From contig CAZMZB010000001.1 of assembly GCA_964570845.1 (NCBI GenBank), forward strand, positions 143,473-207,472: a stretch of DNA of 64,000 nt, written 5' to 3'. The position numbers and the translations under genes are program-made. Below, in pieces: positions 1 through 8,144 of the stretch; the stretch's first letter is position 1; the number at the start of each line of letters is the position of its first letter. A model generated the notes under the pieces. It ran no database searches. It was not told where the DNA came from and saw only the letters and a program-made list of their open reading frames with translations. The stretch is from an uncultured Candidatus Saccharibacteria bacterium (GTDB taxonomy: Bacteria > Patescibacteriota > Saccharimonadia > Saccharimonadales > Saccharimonadaceae).

Positions 1-504
1 CAGGCCATAATATTCTTGCAAGATTTTTGTGATTGCATCGATATCTTTTGCGACTTTCGCACGCGCTTCTCTGGTGGCTGTCAATGTGTCATAGAACGTC
101 ACCGGTTGGTCTTGGCACTTAATTTTCAGTGTTTTTGAGAGAGAGTCCTCGTATTTTGCATAATCTTCCTTAAATGTATCTACGGCTCGTTCATACTTCT
201 TTGTTATTGCAGTAAAAGGTGACGCTTCATCAAGCCGATTAAAGGCCAATCTGCCATTAAATGGAGACATTAGTTTCGTTAGGATTACTTCGTATGTCTG
301 CCCCCTGTTAACACGTGTCGCTGCATCGCTGCGTTGAATCCGCTGCAAAGCTACTTGTGCAGAAAGGCAGTTCTGACGAATTGTTTCAATCTTAGCATCA
401 GTCAGTGGAACCGGTGCTGCCTGCAGCGAGGCAAGAGGTGCAAGGCTGATTACACCGAATACAAGACTCACAGCTGCTAATCGAAATGTAACTTTCTTCA
501 CCAC
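1..504 (-). CDS. Secreted hypothetical protein, N-terminal part (gene runs off the window start)
   Basis: Minus-strand frame is open from GTG at 504/501 down to base 1 (hand translated: VKKVTFRLAAVSLVFGVISLAPLASLQA/APVPLTDAKIETIRQN...). The N-terminus is a classic signal peptide. It is absent from the ORF track because no stop lies in the window. No family recognised; exact start uncertain. Confidence 0.6.
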   Translation of the reverse strand, partial: MVKKVTFRLAAVSLVFGVISLAPLASLQAAPVPLTDAKIETIRQNCLSAQVALQRIQRSDAATRVNRGQTYEVILTKLMSPFNGRLAFNRLDEASPFTAITKKYERAVDTFKEDYAKYEDSLSKTLKIKCQDQPVTFYDTLTATREARAKVAKDIDAITKILQEYYGL

Positions 505-578
505 CCTATTATGAGAACTTACCCTCTCTTATGTCAAACTATTCTTAACACAATAGCCCTGTGCTACAATAAACCAAA

Positions 579-1481
579 ATGCTAAAGAGAAAACAAAAAT
601 ATCTTTTTCCAATCTTAGCCCTCGTAGTTGCCGAAATTCTGTGGGGCATAAATACACCAGTCATCAAGTTAGGATTACAGACAGTTCCTCTGCCTATCTA
701 TCTTTCTGTCGGGCTCATGGGCGCTGCCTTGCTCATTTTGCCATTTGCCATAAAGAACTGGAAGCACCTCAGTCGCAAAGAATATGCCATCCTTATTATT
801 GGATCTATTATTAACATCACACTCGGCAATGTCGTGCTTCTCATGGGCCTTGAAATGATCCCAAGTGTCAACGCTTCTTTAATTGGGCTACTTAACCCCT
901 TATTGCTTTTTATTCTATCGGTACAGTTCCTCAAAGAGCATATGAGCTTAAAAACATTCCTAGGAATTATCATTGCCTTTTTGGGCGCGGCGATTATCAT
1001 TGGGCAACCTTGGTCAGAACAAGGTAATGTCATCGGCAATCTATTAATAGTACTCTCCGTGTTATGTAGCGTCGTCGGAACACTAATTTGCAAATCTGTT
1101 CTCAAAAAAGGAAGTTCTCATCAAGTGACATTCATTCATCTCTTCGTAGGAACTCTGCCGATTGTCATCTTTGCACTACAGTATATCCCCGAAGTTAGTA
1201 TGGATAGTATTGGCGCTACCGGCATCGTAGCCATTGCCTATAACATACCGGCAGTCGCTCTTGCGAATATTTTTTATATGTATGGGCTTAAACATAAGAA
1301 AGCTCAGGATGTGGGTATATTCAGCTATATTCACCCGGTGGTGACCGCCATAGCTGCATGGTTTATTCTTGCAGAAGTTCCTGGGCAGTCAATTCTCATT
1401 GGAGCACCATTGATATTCTTAGGCATCTATCTATCTGAGCTACGCCGCCCCAGACACACCACAGTTGTTTCTAAAAAATAA
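579..1481 (+). CDS. EamA/DMT-family permease
   Basis: 300 aa, about 10 hydrophobic helices arranged as two EamA-like halves; typical drug/metabolite transporter pattern. Confidence 0.85.
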   Translation: MLKRKQKYLFPILALVVAEILWGINTPVIKLGLQTVPLPIYLSVGLMGAALLILPFAIKNWKHLSRKEYAILIIGSIINITLGNVVLLMGLEMIPSVNASLIGLLNPLLLFILSVQFLKEHMSLKTFLGIIIAFLGAAIIIGQPWSEQGNVIGNLLIVLSVLCSVVGTLICKSVLKKGSSHQVTFIHLFVGTLPIVIFALQYIPEVSMDSIGATGIVAIAYNIPAVALANIFYMYGLKHKKAQDVGIFSYIHPVVTAIAAWFILAEVPGQSILIGAPLIFLGIYLSELRRPRHTTVVSKK

Positions 1482-1482
1482 A

Positions 1483-2271
1483 TTACTTTTCCTGAATTTG
1501 CCGCACTTGCTCAAATAGACAAATTGCTGCCGCAGCTGAAGCATTAAGTGATTCAACACCTTTTGTTTGCGGAATGGTTATCTCTGTAATATTTAGACTC
1601 AATAATTCGTCCGAGACACCACTGCCTTCATTGCCAATAATCCATGCTGCTGGTTTCGTTAAGTCAGTTTCATAAAGTATCGTCTTTGCAAAAAGTGTTG
1701 TTGCGAGAACCTGAATATTGGATTTTTGTATGAGCTGCCCCAAATCAACGTTCTCATATATATCCAAAGCGAACTGTGCACCCATGCCAGCACGCAAGAC
1801 TTTTGGTGACCATACTGAAGCTGTACCGCCAGAGCAATATATCTTTTTTATTCCCGCAGCAGCAGCCGTACGCAAAATAGTGCCGACATTTCCCGGATCT
1901 TGAACATTATCTAGAAGTAGCGCATTTTCTGCTAGTTGCTCTCTCTGGCTTTTTGCAGGAATATTTACTAACAACAAGAGATGAACACCATTTTCAACTA
2001 CGCTGATTTCTTTAAAATGGGCTTTACTGATGATAGTGCACTCCACATTCTTTTCTTGACACTCTTGAATAATTTCAGCTGCCTCAGCATCCTCCAAGGC
2101 ATCTTCTGAAAAGATACATTTCTCAGGGGTATTGCCTTGTTCTAAATAGCTTTTTGCCAAATGAATGCCTTCAAGCAGTGCCTGCCCTGTTTTATTCCGT
2201 TCTTTCTGGCTGGAAGAAAGCTTTTTTAGCTGCTTTATGAGCTGGTTTTTCGAAGAAATAATTCTTTCCAT
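1483..2271 (-). CDS. SpoU/TrmH-family RNA 2'-O-methyltransferase
   Basis: 262 aa; C-terminal SpoU motifs NVQDPGNVGTILRTA, IIGNEGSGVS and ESLNASAAAAICLFE after an N-terminal substrate-binding domain. Confidence 0.85.
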   Translation of the reverse strand: MERIISSKNQLIKQLKKLSSSQKERNKTGQALLEGIHLAKSYLEQGNTPEKCIFSEDALEDAEAAEIIQECQEKNVECTIISKAHFKEISVVENGVHLLLLVNIPAKSQREQLAENALLLDNVQDPGNVGTILRTAAAAGIKKIYCSGGTASVWSPKVLRAGMGAQFALDIYENVDLGQLIQKSNIQVLATTLFAKTILYETDLTKPAAWIIGNEGSGVSDELLSLNITEITIPQTKGVESLNASAAAAICLFEQVRQIQEK

Positions 2272-2288
2272 AGAACTTCAGTATAACA

Positions 2289-2313
2289 AAAAGCCTCCTC
2301 GAGAAGGCTTTTT
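2289..2313 (-). terminator. Intrinsic terminator downstream of tRNA-Glu
   Basis: AAAAGCCU...AGGCUUUU hairpin followed by a U-run on the minus strand, 14 nt after the tRNA 3' end. Confidence 0.55.
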
Positions 2314-2326
2314 ATCTTGAAAAACT

Positions 2327-2401
2327 TGGTGACCCCACGGAGAATCGAACTCCGGTTGCCAGGATGAAAACCTGGTGTCCTAACCACTAGACGATGGGGC
2401 C
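2327..2401 (-). tRNA. tRNA-Glu (anticodon UUC)
   Basis: 75 nt cloverleaf folded by hand: acceptor GGCCCCA/UGGGGUC, anticodon stem CCAGG/CCUGG with loop UUUUCAU, T arm CGGAG-UUCGAUU-CUCCG, encoded CCA. Confidence 0.95.
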
Positions 2402-2424
2402 ATAAAATTGATAGAACGATAAGT

Positions 2425-2452
2425 ATTGTAACAGATTAGAAACAGATTGTAA
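2425..2452 (-). promoter_or_regulatory. Sigma70-like promoter for tRNA-Glu
   Basis: Minus strand TTACAA - 16 nt - TACAAT, with the -10 element ending about 23 nt upstream of the mature tRNA 5' end. Confidence 0.4.
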
Positions 2453-3015
2453 AAAGAAAAATAGCCCGAGGGCTACCCCGCCCGCCTTCATGGCGAAACG
2501 GAGTAACCATCGGGAAAGTTTTGGTTAGACAGCCGCAGGGATCGGCCGTCGGGAAGGAGAGTTTACGTAGGTCTCCTTGCGGTGACCTCTCGTATTACTC
2601 TGCATGCTCCTTGTCGGTCGTCTCATCTCATTCCATTGCAAAATGAGACTCCTGCGGAACATCCACCTTCCGCTCCTCGACTTTTGGAGTTTTCTTGCCT
2701 CACACAACCCTTCCAGGGTAGCGAGGACTATCCTGCGCTGCTCGCGCTTCGATACCCCAGGCATGGGGTACATTTTTACGATCCTCCTAGCAAGAAAGTT
2801 GAGATCACGGCGCAAGTCGAAAACATCGACCCACCGACCGTCCCTCTTCGTTTTTTTAGCGCGATGGGCGGCATCCTGAAAGGCTGCGAACACACAGTCA
2901 TCAGGATTTACCAGAACAGTTGAATGCAACGTGCATCCTCTCATTGTAATGTTCAAGTAACCGATCAATCACTCAATCGGCTTTTCCGGTATCCAACCAG
3001 AAAACTTAGACTTGT
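2451..3015 (-). ncRNA. Candidate large (about 0.56 kb) structured noncoding RNA, class unassigned
   Basis: Bounded by a near-consensus promoter (3021-3049) and a strong intrinsic terminator (UAGCC-CUCG-GGCUA plus U-run, 2475-2451). About 54% GC by hand count versus lower flanks. Three mutually overlapping stop-free ORFs on both strands. Many stable local helices including a GCAA tetraloop hairpin. No SD for the 147-aa ORF. See finding. Confidence 0.5.
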
Positions 3016-3020
3016 CTATT

Positions 3021-3049
3021 GTTATACTCCTATAAAATTGAAAAGTCAA
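3021..3049 (-). promoter_or_regulatory. Sigma70-like promoter of the candidate ncRNA
   Basis: Minus strand TTGACT - 17 nt - TATAAC, immediately after the stop of the upstream glycosylase gene. Confidence 0.5.
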
Positions 3050-3072
3050 TAAAAATATGATGTAAAATTTCC

Positions 3073-3873
3073 CTACTCTACCAGAGAAATACGGTCTTTA
3101 CAGACAAAAATCATATTTTCTTTTTGCAGGCTTTTTAGTGCCGGCTTAAATCTATTGTCTGCTACGACCATCTGGCGCAGTTCATTTTCACTCAGACTGC
3201 CGTCGATTAAAGCCTTTAAAATCTTGCCTCTCATCTCACGAAGCGAACCTTTTAACGGCGTTTGTTTTTTATAATGTCTGCTCTGGGAAAGCCTGCCACC
3301 ATATTGTTTTTTTAAAAACGTGCCATAATCCATCAATGCATAGTACCATTCGCGTGGGTTTTCTTTATCCATCGTTGCTTCTATTAATTCACTCAACTTA
3401 CCATCGCTCACTGTTTCCGCGCTATCAGCAAAAAAGTGGTGAAAATACACCGTACGAATATTCGTTTCAATGAAAACAACCGGTTGATTAAAAGAATAGG
3501 CTAAAATTGCCCCGGCAGTATTTTTACCAACTCCCGGAAGTGTGATTAGCTCTTCGAGTACTTTTGGAACTTCACCATCAAAGTCTTTTTCAACTTTCTG
3601 CACAGCTCGTAACAAAAACTTGGCTCGGCGATTATAGCCTAGTCCATTCCACAATTTTAAGACATCAGACAGTTTTGCGCTTGCTAAAGATGACATATCA
3701 GGAAACTTCTGGATAAACGCTTCAAATTTTGGCTTCACTCTTTCAACTTGCGTTTGCTGCAACATGATTTCAGACACCAAAACATAATATGGTTCCGTAT
3801 TTTCCCGCCATGGCATATCGCGTTTATTGTGCTGATAATGCTGCCAAACTGTTTCCTGAAACTCTTTCACCAC
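3073..3873 (-). CDS. HhH-GPD DNA glycosylase, MutY/Nth-like, without Fe-S cluster cysteines
   Basis: 266 aa; MutY-like VSEIMLQQTQVERV, HhH motif LPGVGKNTAGAILAYSF. There is no C-x6-C-x2-C-x5-C cluster after the glycosylase core; a short extra C-terminal domain follows. Confidence 0.8.
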   Translation of the reverse strand: MVKEFQETVWQHYQHNKRDMPWRENTEPYYVLVSEIMLQQTQVERVKPKFEAFIQKFPDMSSLASAKLSDVLKLWNGLGYNRRAKFLLRAVQKVEKDFDGEVPKVLEELITLPGVGKNTAGAILAYSFNQPVVFIETNIRTVYFHHFFADSAETVSDGKLSELIEATMDKENPREWYYALMDYGTFLKKQYGGRLSQSRHYKKQTPLKGSLREMRGKILKALIDGSLSENELRQMVVADNRFKPALKSLQKENMIFVCKDRISLVE

Positions 3874-3964
3874 CTTATAACTATACCAGGTAAAACACCG
3901 TGGGGTGTTTTACTGTGGGTGAAGCGAGAGTATGTAGCTCATTTGCTCAACTCTAATAAAGCAA

Positions 3965-4900
3965 TTATTGGATTCTCACGGGAGTCGCTTTCATTGAAAT
4001 TGGCACTTGTTTTATTCGCCATACATCATCTGGGGTGTAAGAGCAAAGATAGTAGGTACCAGCTGCTACTACAGCATTATGCGCCTCGCCAAATAAAGTT
4101 CTTTGTATATACATATAGCTACTACCCGCAGGAATACCTGTTAAGCTATCGATTTGAAAATAGACTTGTTGAGTTCCAGAGCTATTACACATCGCCAATA
4201 CTTCAGTAGACTGACTGGCAGACCCGCTAAATCCACGCCTTACTTGCTCTATACGCACAATGCCGTTAAGAATATATTCTCCTGTTCTTGGAATAACCAT
4301 GCCAGTCGTGTGATTATGCATAATACTCGGCTCCATCACTCCACCACCAGTACCTGTTACCGCTAGCGGACTCCCACCCAAAAACTCCCATTTGTAGGCT
4401 GAGGGGGAAGAAGAGTTGTAGCGCAGGTGCCAGATAGTGCGATTGGCACTATTGGCAACATAATACACCTCCATCCCATCAGTAGGACTGGAGGGCAAGG
4501 CGGTAACCATTGAGGCGGTGGAGGCAAGTTCAACAATGACGGTTCCTTTAGCCACATATTGTTTACCATTAGCCAGAGTGACGGTGCCGGTTACTACAGC
4601 CGAGGGTGCCTGGGAACCGGAGCTACTGGGAGGAGCTACCGTGAAGGTGGAGCTGTAGGTATCGTTTTGTTCTACATACTCAGTACCGGAACTAATGCTG
4701 CCAGTACAGGTGGTTTTGGGTGTTAAGTTACTGGTCCAGTAGATAGTGCCGTTCTTTTTTAGGCAGGCGGTGGCATAGGCAATGCCTGCTTCAACGACCT
4801 GATCGGCAACCCGGTTGTAGGTTTGTCCCTGCAGCGACTGGAAGATAGAGGTACTTGCCACCAGTGTGGAGGTGCCTATGATCATGAGGATGGTGCCCAC
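3965..4900 (-). CDS. PilX-N-like pilus-associated surface protein (5' end interrupted at a G8 tract)
   Basis: The N-terminal hydrophobic helix plus STSIFQSLQGQTYNRVADQVVEAGIAYA resembles the PilX N-terminal domain. The rest is a Ser/Thr/Gly-rich beta-type domain. The track start is a GTG inside the helix. The frame is open upstream to 5050 without a start codon. ATGs at 5034 and 5013 lie in another frame (see finding). Confidence 0.6.
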   Translation of the reverse strand: MGTILMIIGTSTLVASTSIFQSLQGQTYNRVADQVVEAGIAYATACLKKNGTIYWTSNLTPKTTCTGSISSGTEYVEQNDTYSSTFTVAPPSSSGSQAPSAVVTGTVTLANGKQYVAKGTVIVELASTASMVTALPSSPTDGMEVYYVANSANRTIWHLRYNSSSPSAYKWEFLGGSPLAVTGTGGGVMEPSIMHNHTTGMVIPRTGEYILNGIVRIEQVRRGFSGSASQSTEVLAMCNSSGTQQVYFQIDSLTGIPAGSSYMYIQRTLFGEAHNAVVAAGTYYLCSYTPDDVWRIKQVPISMKATPVRIQ

Positions 4901-4962
4901 CAGGATGAGGGTGGGAAGGGCGAAGGCGGAAGAGGTGGGAGTTAGGCTTCTTTTAGTACGTA

Positions 4963-4970
4963 CCCCCCCC
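4963..4970. repeat. C8 (G8 on the coding strand) homopolymer tract
   Basis: Read directly: tacccccccc at 4961-4970, followed by gcgggtgggggg (G6 at 4977-4982). Confidence 0.95.
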
Positions 4971-5065
4971 GCGGGTGGGGGGTGTGAAGAGAGGAAAGCT
5001 GCTTGTGTTTCATAGTTGGGTTTATTATTAGCATGAGGAGGAGGTGGGAGTCAAGGGGTGGATGT

Positions 5066-6382
5066 TTACGGGGTTAAGCGATTGATATCACGCGGAAAGA
5101 GCGTGGCTTCTTTGACGTTTTTGAGACCAATGGTTTTTTCAACCAAGCGGTCGATGCCCATACCGCAACCACCATGTTGCGGAAGACCATATTTAAATGC
5201 CTGAAGATAATATTTATAGCCAGGATGGCTAACATCAAGCCCTGCCTCTTCCATTTGTGCAACGAGCTTTTCATAATGATGCTCGCGAAGCGGCACAGTG
5301 GCAATTTCGAGACCACGAAAGAGAAGGTCGCCCCACAGCACATGATTTTCATCGCTAGGATCAAGCTGATGATAAAACTTCTTGAGACTGGCTGGAAACT
5401 TCGTGGCATAAACCAAATCGCTGCCTAGTTGCTTTCGGGCGTATTCGCAAATCCAGCGCTCTTCATCAGGAATCAAATCCTCTTCCTGAGTCGTATCAGT
5501 TTTATTAGCCTTCGAATACATCTCATGAATTTCTGCCACTGTGAAAGTGGGTACTTCATCGGTTAGTTTTAATTCAGGAGCGTTCAAGCTTTTCAGATCA
5601 CTCTCGTGCTCATCATAAACACGCCGCAACACATCTTTTGTCATATTAGCCACCATATCAAGCACTTCTTGATGGCTCTGCACAAAGCCCATCTCGAGAT
5701 CAAGCATCATAATTTCGCTCATATGCCGTGTTGTGGCGCTTGGTTCTGCCCGAAAAGTTGAACCGATTTCAAACACTCGCTCATACACCCCCACTAACAT
5801 TTGCTTGTAAAGCTGTGGGCTTTGCGCCAAAGTTGCTTCTTTTTCAAAATATTCCAGCTTAAAAACTTCAGCTCCGCCTTCTGTTGCTTCGGCAAGGAGT
5901 TTTGGTGTTTGGATTTCAACAAACTCATTCTTGGTCAAAAACTCTCGCAGATAACGCAATATACTGGCACGAATTTTAAAGACTTTTTGCTCTTGAATAT
6001 TCCTTAGATTTAAGACACGATATTCAAACAATGTATCAAGGTGCTCTGGCTTATGCGAAATTGGCTTGTCAATCTCAATTGGCGGCTCGTCAAGCACCGG
6101 CACTTCAACCGTCAGTTTCACGTCGTGCAGCTCAGCACCGCCAGGCGCACGTTCGTCACTCATAACTTTTCCTTCGACCGTTAAAACCGTACCAATATGT
6201 AGTGCCCGCAGTTTCTCAACCTCAGTCTTATCTTCAACCAATGCCTGAACAATACCGCTTCGATCACGCACCACAATAAAGTTCAGTCCGCCAAGCAGAC
6301 GCTTTTTATGAAGCCAACCTTTAATAATAATCTTCTCTTCGGCTTTTTTTGCGATATCACGAACGAGCGTGCGTTCACTCAT
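5066..6382 (-). CDS. aspS: Aspartyl-tRNA synthetase, archaeal/eukaryal-type (class IIb)
   Basis: OB-fold start GWLHKKRLLGGLNFIVVRDRSGIVQ, motif 2 FRAEPSATTRH, motif 3 GGCGMGIDRLV. The track ORF extends to 6433. ATG at 6382 (MSERTL) follows AGGAG and gives only an 8-nt overlap with the upstream gene. Confidence 0.85.
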   Translation of the reverse strand: MSERTLVRDIAKKAEEKIIIKGWLHKKRLLGGLNFIVVRDRSGIVQALVEDKTEVEKLRALHIGTVLTVEGKVMSDERAPGGAELHDVKLTVEVPVLDEPPIEIDKPISHKPEHLDTLFEYRVLNLRNIQEQKVFKIRASILRYLREFLTKNEFVEIQTPKLLAEATEGGAEVFKLEYFEKEATLAQSPQLYKQMLVGVYERVFEIGSTFRAEPSATTRHMSEIMMLDLEMGFVQSHQEVLDMVANMTKDVLRRVYDEHESDLKSLNAPELKLTDEVPTFTVAEIHEMYSKANKTDTTQEEDLIPDEERWICEYARKQLGSDLVYATKFPASLKKFYHQLDPSDENHVLWGDLLFRGLEIATVPLREHHYEKLVAQMEEAGLDVSHPGYKYYLQAFKYGLPQHGGCGMGIDRLVEKTIGLKNVKEATLFPRDINRLTP

Positions 6383-7334
6383 GGTGCTCTTTTTCTCCTG
6401 ACTCATCTGATTTAGCTTTGACGGTGCGGCCAAGCAATATCTTTACGATATCTTGCATGCTCACAATCCCTACTGTCTCCTTATGTTCATTAACTACTAT
6501 AAACAGATGTGAACGGTGGTGCAAGAAATCTGCCAATACATCTTCAACTGGTTGCTGTTCACTAATTTTATGAATATGCGCGTTCATCACCGTCTTGACC
6601 ATGTGTGATTGCTTGTCCTTTAAGGAAACAATATCCTTAATATCAAGAATACCGACAATATTATCCGGACTGCCGTCAAACACCGGGAAATAGTTATGAC
6701 CAGTTCTATGCAGCTGGTCTAGTACAAGCGGTCCAAGCATTTCATTTTTACCGATGGAATTAATTTTCTCTTTTGAGGTCATAATATCCTTAGCGGTAAG
6801 TGAGGAGAAATGAGTAGTGGCTATCAAAGCTTCTTTTTCTTTTATATCTAAAAAGTGAGCGTGGCTAATAGCATGCTGCAACTCCTCTTTTGAGTGCAAA
6901 CTAGTAATGAATTCATGCTTTTTCGCGCCAAAGACTCGAAAAATCTTTGCATGTTTTTCAATGAATGTCAGGATAGTCGACTCATATTTCTCATATAGCC
7001 TCTGAGCCGGTTTGTGAATAAAGTTTGAAGAAGCAAGCAAGTCATACGTTAGTGCTACGAGGAGCGATATGATGATCCCAAAAAACCACCCCAAAGCTGT
7101 CATTGATAAAACCGTAATCAATACGAGCAGTGCTGATATTTTCACATTTTGCAGTGCCTCAAGCATATCAAGCAACTTTTCCCTGCGCAGTTTTTGAATT
7201 GCCTCGCCATTGCCGACTCCAGCTCGTCGTTTGAGTTCATAATGGCTGAGATGACTGCGAACAGGAAGAATCGCTGTCACAAACAACAGGGCAACAAAAA
7301 AGAGCACATCAACTGTTATTAAAAATATATTCAT
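6375..7334 (-). CDS. CBS-pair membrane protein (CNNM/CorC-like)
   Basis: 319 aa; N-terminal TM helices, then two CBS-like repeats (AKDIMTSKEKINSIG... and VEDVLADFLHHRSHLFIVVNEHKETVGIVSMQDIV). Confidence 0.75.
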   Translation of the reverse strand: MNIFLITVDVLFFVALLFVTAILPVRSHLSHYELKRRAGVGNGEAIQKLRREKLLDMLEALQNVKISALLVLITVLSMTALGWFFGIIISLLVALTYDLLASSNFIHKPAQRLYEKYESTILTFIEKHAKIFRVFGAKKHEFITSLHSKEELQHAISHAHFLDIKEKEALIATTHFSSLTAKDIMTSKEKINSIGKNEMLGPLVLDQLHRTGHNYFPVFDGSPDNIVGILDIKDIVSLKDKQSHMVKTVMNAHIHKISEQQPVEDVLADFLHHRSHLFIVVNEHKETVGIVSMQDIVKILLGRTVKAKSDESGEKEHHE

Positions 7335-7413
7335 AGCTTCTTTCTATTGTACCTGAAATAAGGGAATTTTGTGTTATGATATATCAAGTAAAGACATAAG
7401 GAGTTTATAGAGT

Positions 7414-8088
7414 ATGACACCACTACGTTGGGGAATTTTTGCAGCAATTTTCATCATTATTTTAGGCGCACTTATTCTCACAAAACAAGATAATAATGTT
7501 GATGTAAGCAATATTAATGAAAATAAAGCAGTAACCAAAAAATCTGAGTCTGAAATTGCTGATCATATTTTTGGTAATAAAGACAGTAAAGTAACATTAA
7601 TTGAATATGGTGACTTTCAATGTCCCGGCTGCGGTGGCTTACACCCTAATTTAAAGCCCGTTGTTGAAGCTAATAAAGAGAACATCACCTTTATTTTCCG
7701 AAATTTCCCGCTCAGCAGCATTCATCCAAACGCTTTGGCTGCTGCTTCAGCAGCAGAAGCGGCAGGTTTGCAAGATAAATATTGGGAAATGCATGATCTT
7801 CTCTTTGAAAACCAAAACGAATGGAGTGAAACAAAACTTGATGAACGAACTAAGGTATTTGAAGGTTACGCAGAAGGACTTGGGCTTGACATCAAAAAAT
7901 TCCGTGAAGACATTGAGAGCAAACAAGTATCTCAAAAAATTAAACGCGATCAAGCACTCGGCAAAAAAGCTGGCGCAGAATCAACCCCAACACTGATCCT
8001 CAATGGCAAGAAACTCACTCAGGACCAATTCTCAAGCAAAGCAGCACTTGAAAAAACAATTGTAAACGCAATCAAAGAAAATAACTAA
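7414..8088 (+). CDS. Membrane-anchored DsbA-family thiol:disulfide oxidoreductase
   Basis: 224 aa; N-terminal TM anchor and thioredoxin-fold active site FQCPGC. Confidence 0.85.
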   Translation: MTPLRWGIFAAIFIIILGALILTKQDNNVDVSNINENKAVTKKSESEIADHIFGNKDSKVTLIEYGDFQCPGCGGLHPNLKPVVEANKENITFIFRNFPLSSIHPNALAAASAAEAAGLQDKYWEMHDLLFENQNEWSETKLDERTKVFEGYAEGLGLDIKKFREDIESKQVSQKIKRDQALGKKAGAESTPTLILNGKKLTQDQFSSKAALEKTIVNAIKENN

Positions 8089-8104
8089 TAAAATAGCTCC
8101 AATT

Positions 8105-8142
8105 AAAAAGAGGCTCTCGCTACTCAGCTTAAGCCTCTTTTC
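8105..8142 (+). terminator. Intrinsic terminator after the DsbA-like gene
   Basis: AGAGGCU...AGCCUCU stem followed by UUUUC. Confidence 0.55.
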
Positions 8143-8144
8143 TC

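Noticed and set aside
698-1105. 135-aa antisense ORF inside the EamA permease gene (and similar antisense ORFs at 1718-1903, 5074-5409, 5174-5428, 5801-6007 and 6066-6248)
   Set aside because: They are fully embedded antisense to, or out of frame with, genes that have clear family signatures. No SD and odd composition.
2525-2968. 147-aa minus-strand ORF, and the overlapping plus-strand ORFs 2582-2923 and 2604-2879, as protein-coding genes
   Set aside because: All three overlap in one GC-rich patch. There is no SD, the predicted peptide is Arg-rich and uses rare codons, and the region is dense in hairpins. I treat the region as a candidate ncRNA instead. I cannot fully exclude a small basic protein.
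2451-3015. Identification of the candidate RNA as RNase P RNA, tmRNA or SRP RNA
   Set aside because: I searched by eye on both strands for GAGGAAAGUCC / ACAGAACCCGGCUUA (RNase P P4), a tRNA-like GGUUCGAnUCC T arm with CCA end (tmRNA) and the SRP domain IV motif. None is present. The plus-strand GGGAAAGTTTTGG / CCAGAAAACTT pair looked P4-like, but that strand is pyrimidine-rich and lacks all other conserved regions.
5033-5050. Purine-rich GAGGAGGAGGTGGGAG on the plus strand as an SD for a plus-strand gene
   Set aside because: The ATG at 5032 overlaps this purine run and opens only a 14-codon ORF. The motif is better explained as the complement of the C-rich 5' region of the minus-strand PilX-like gene.
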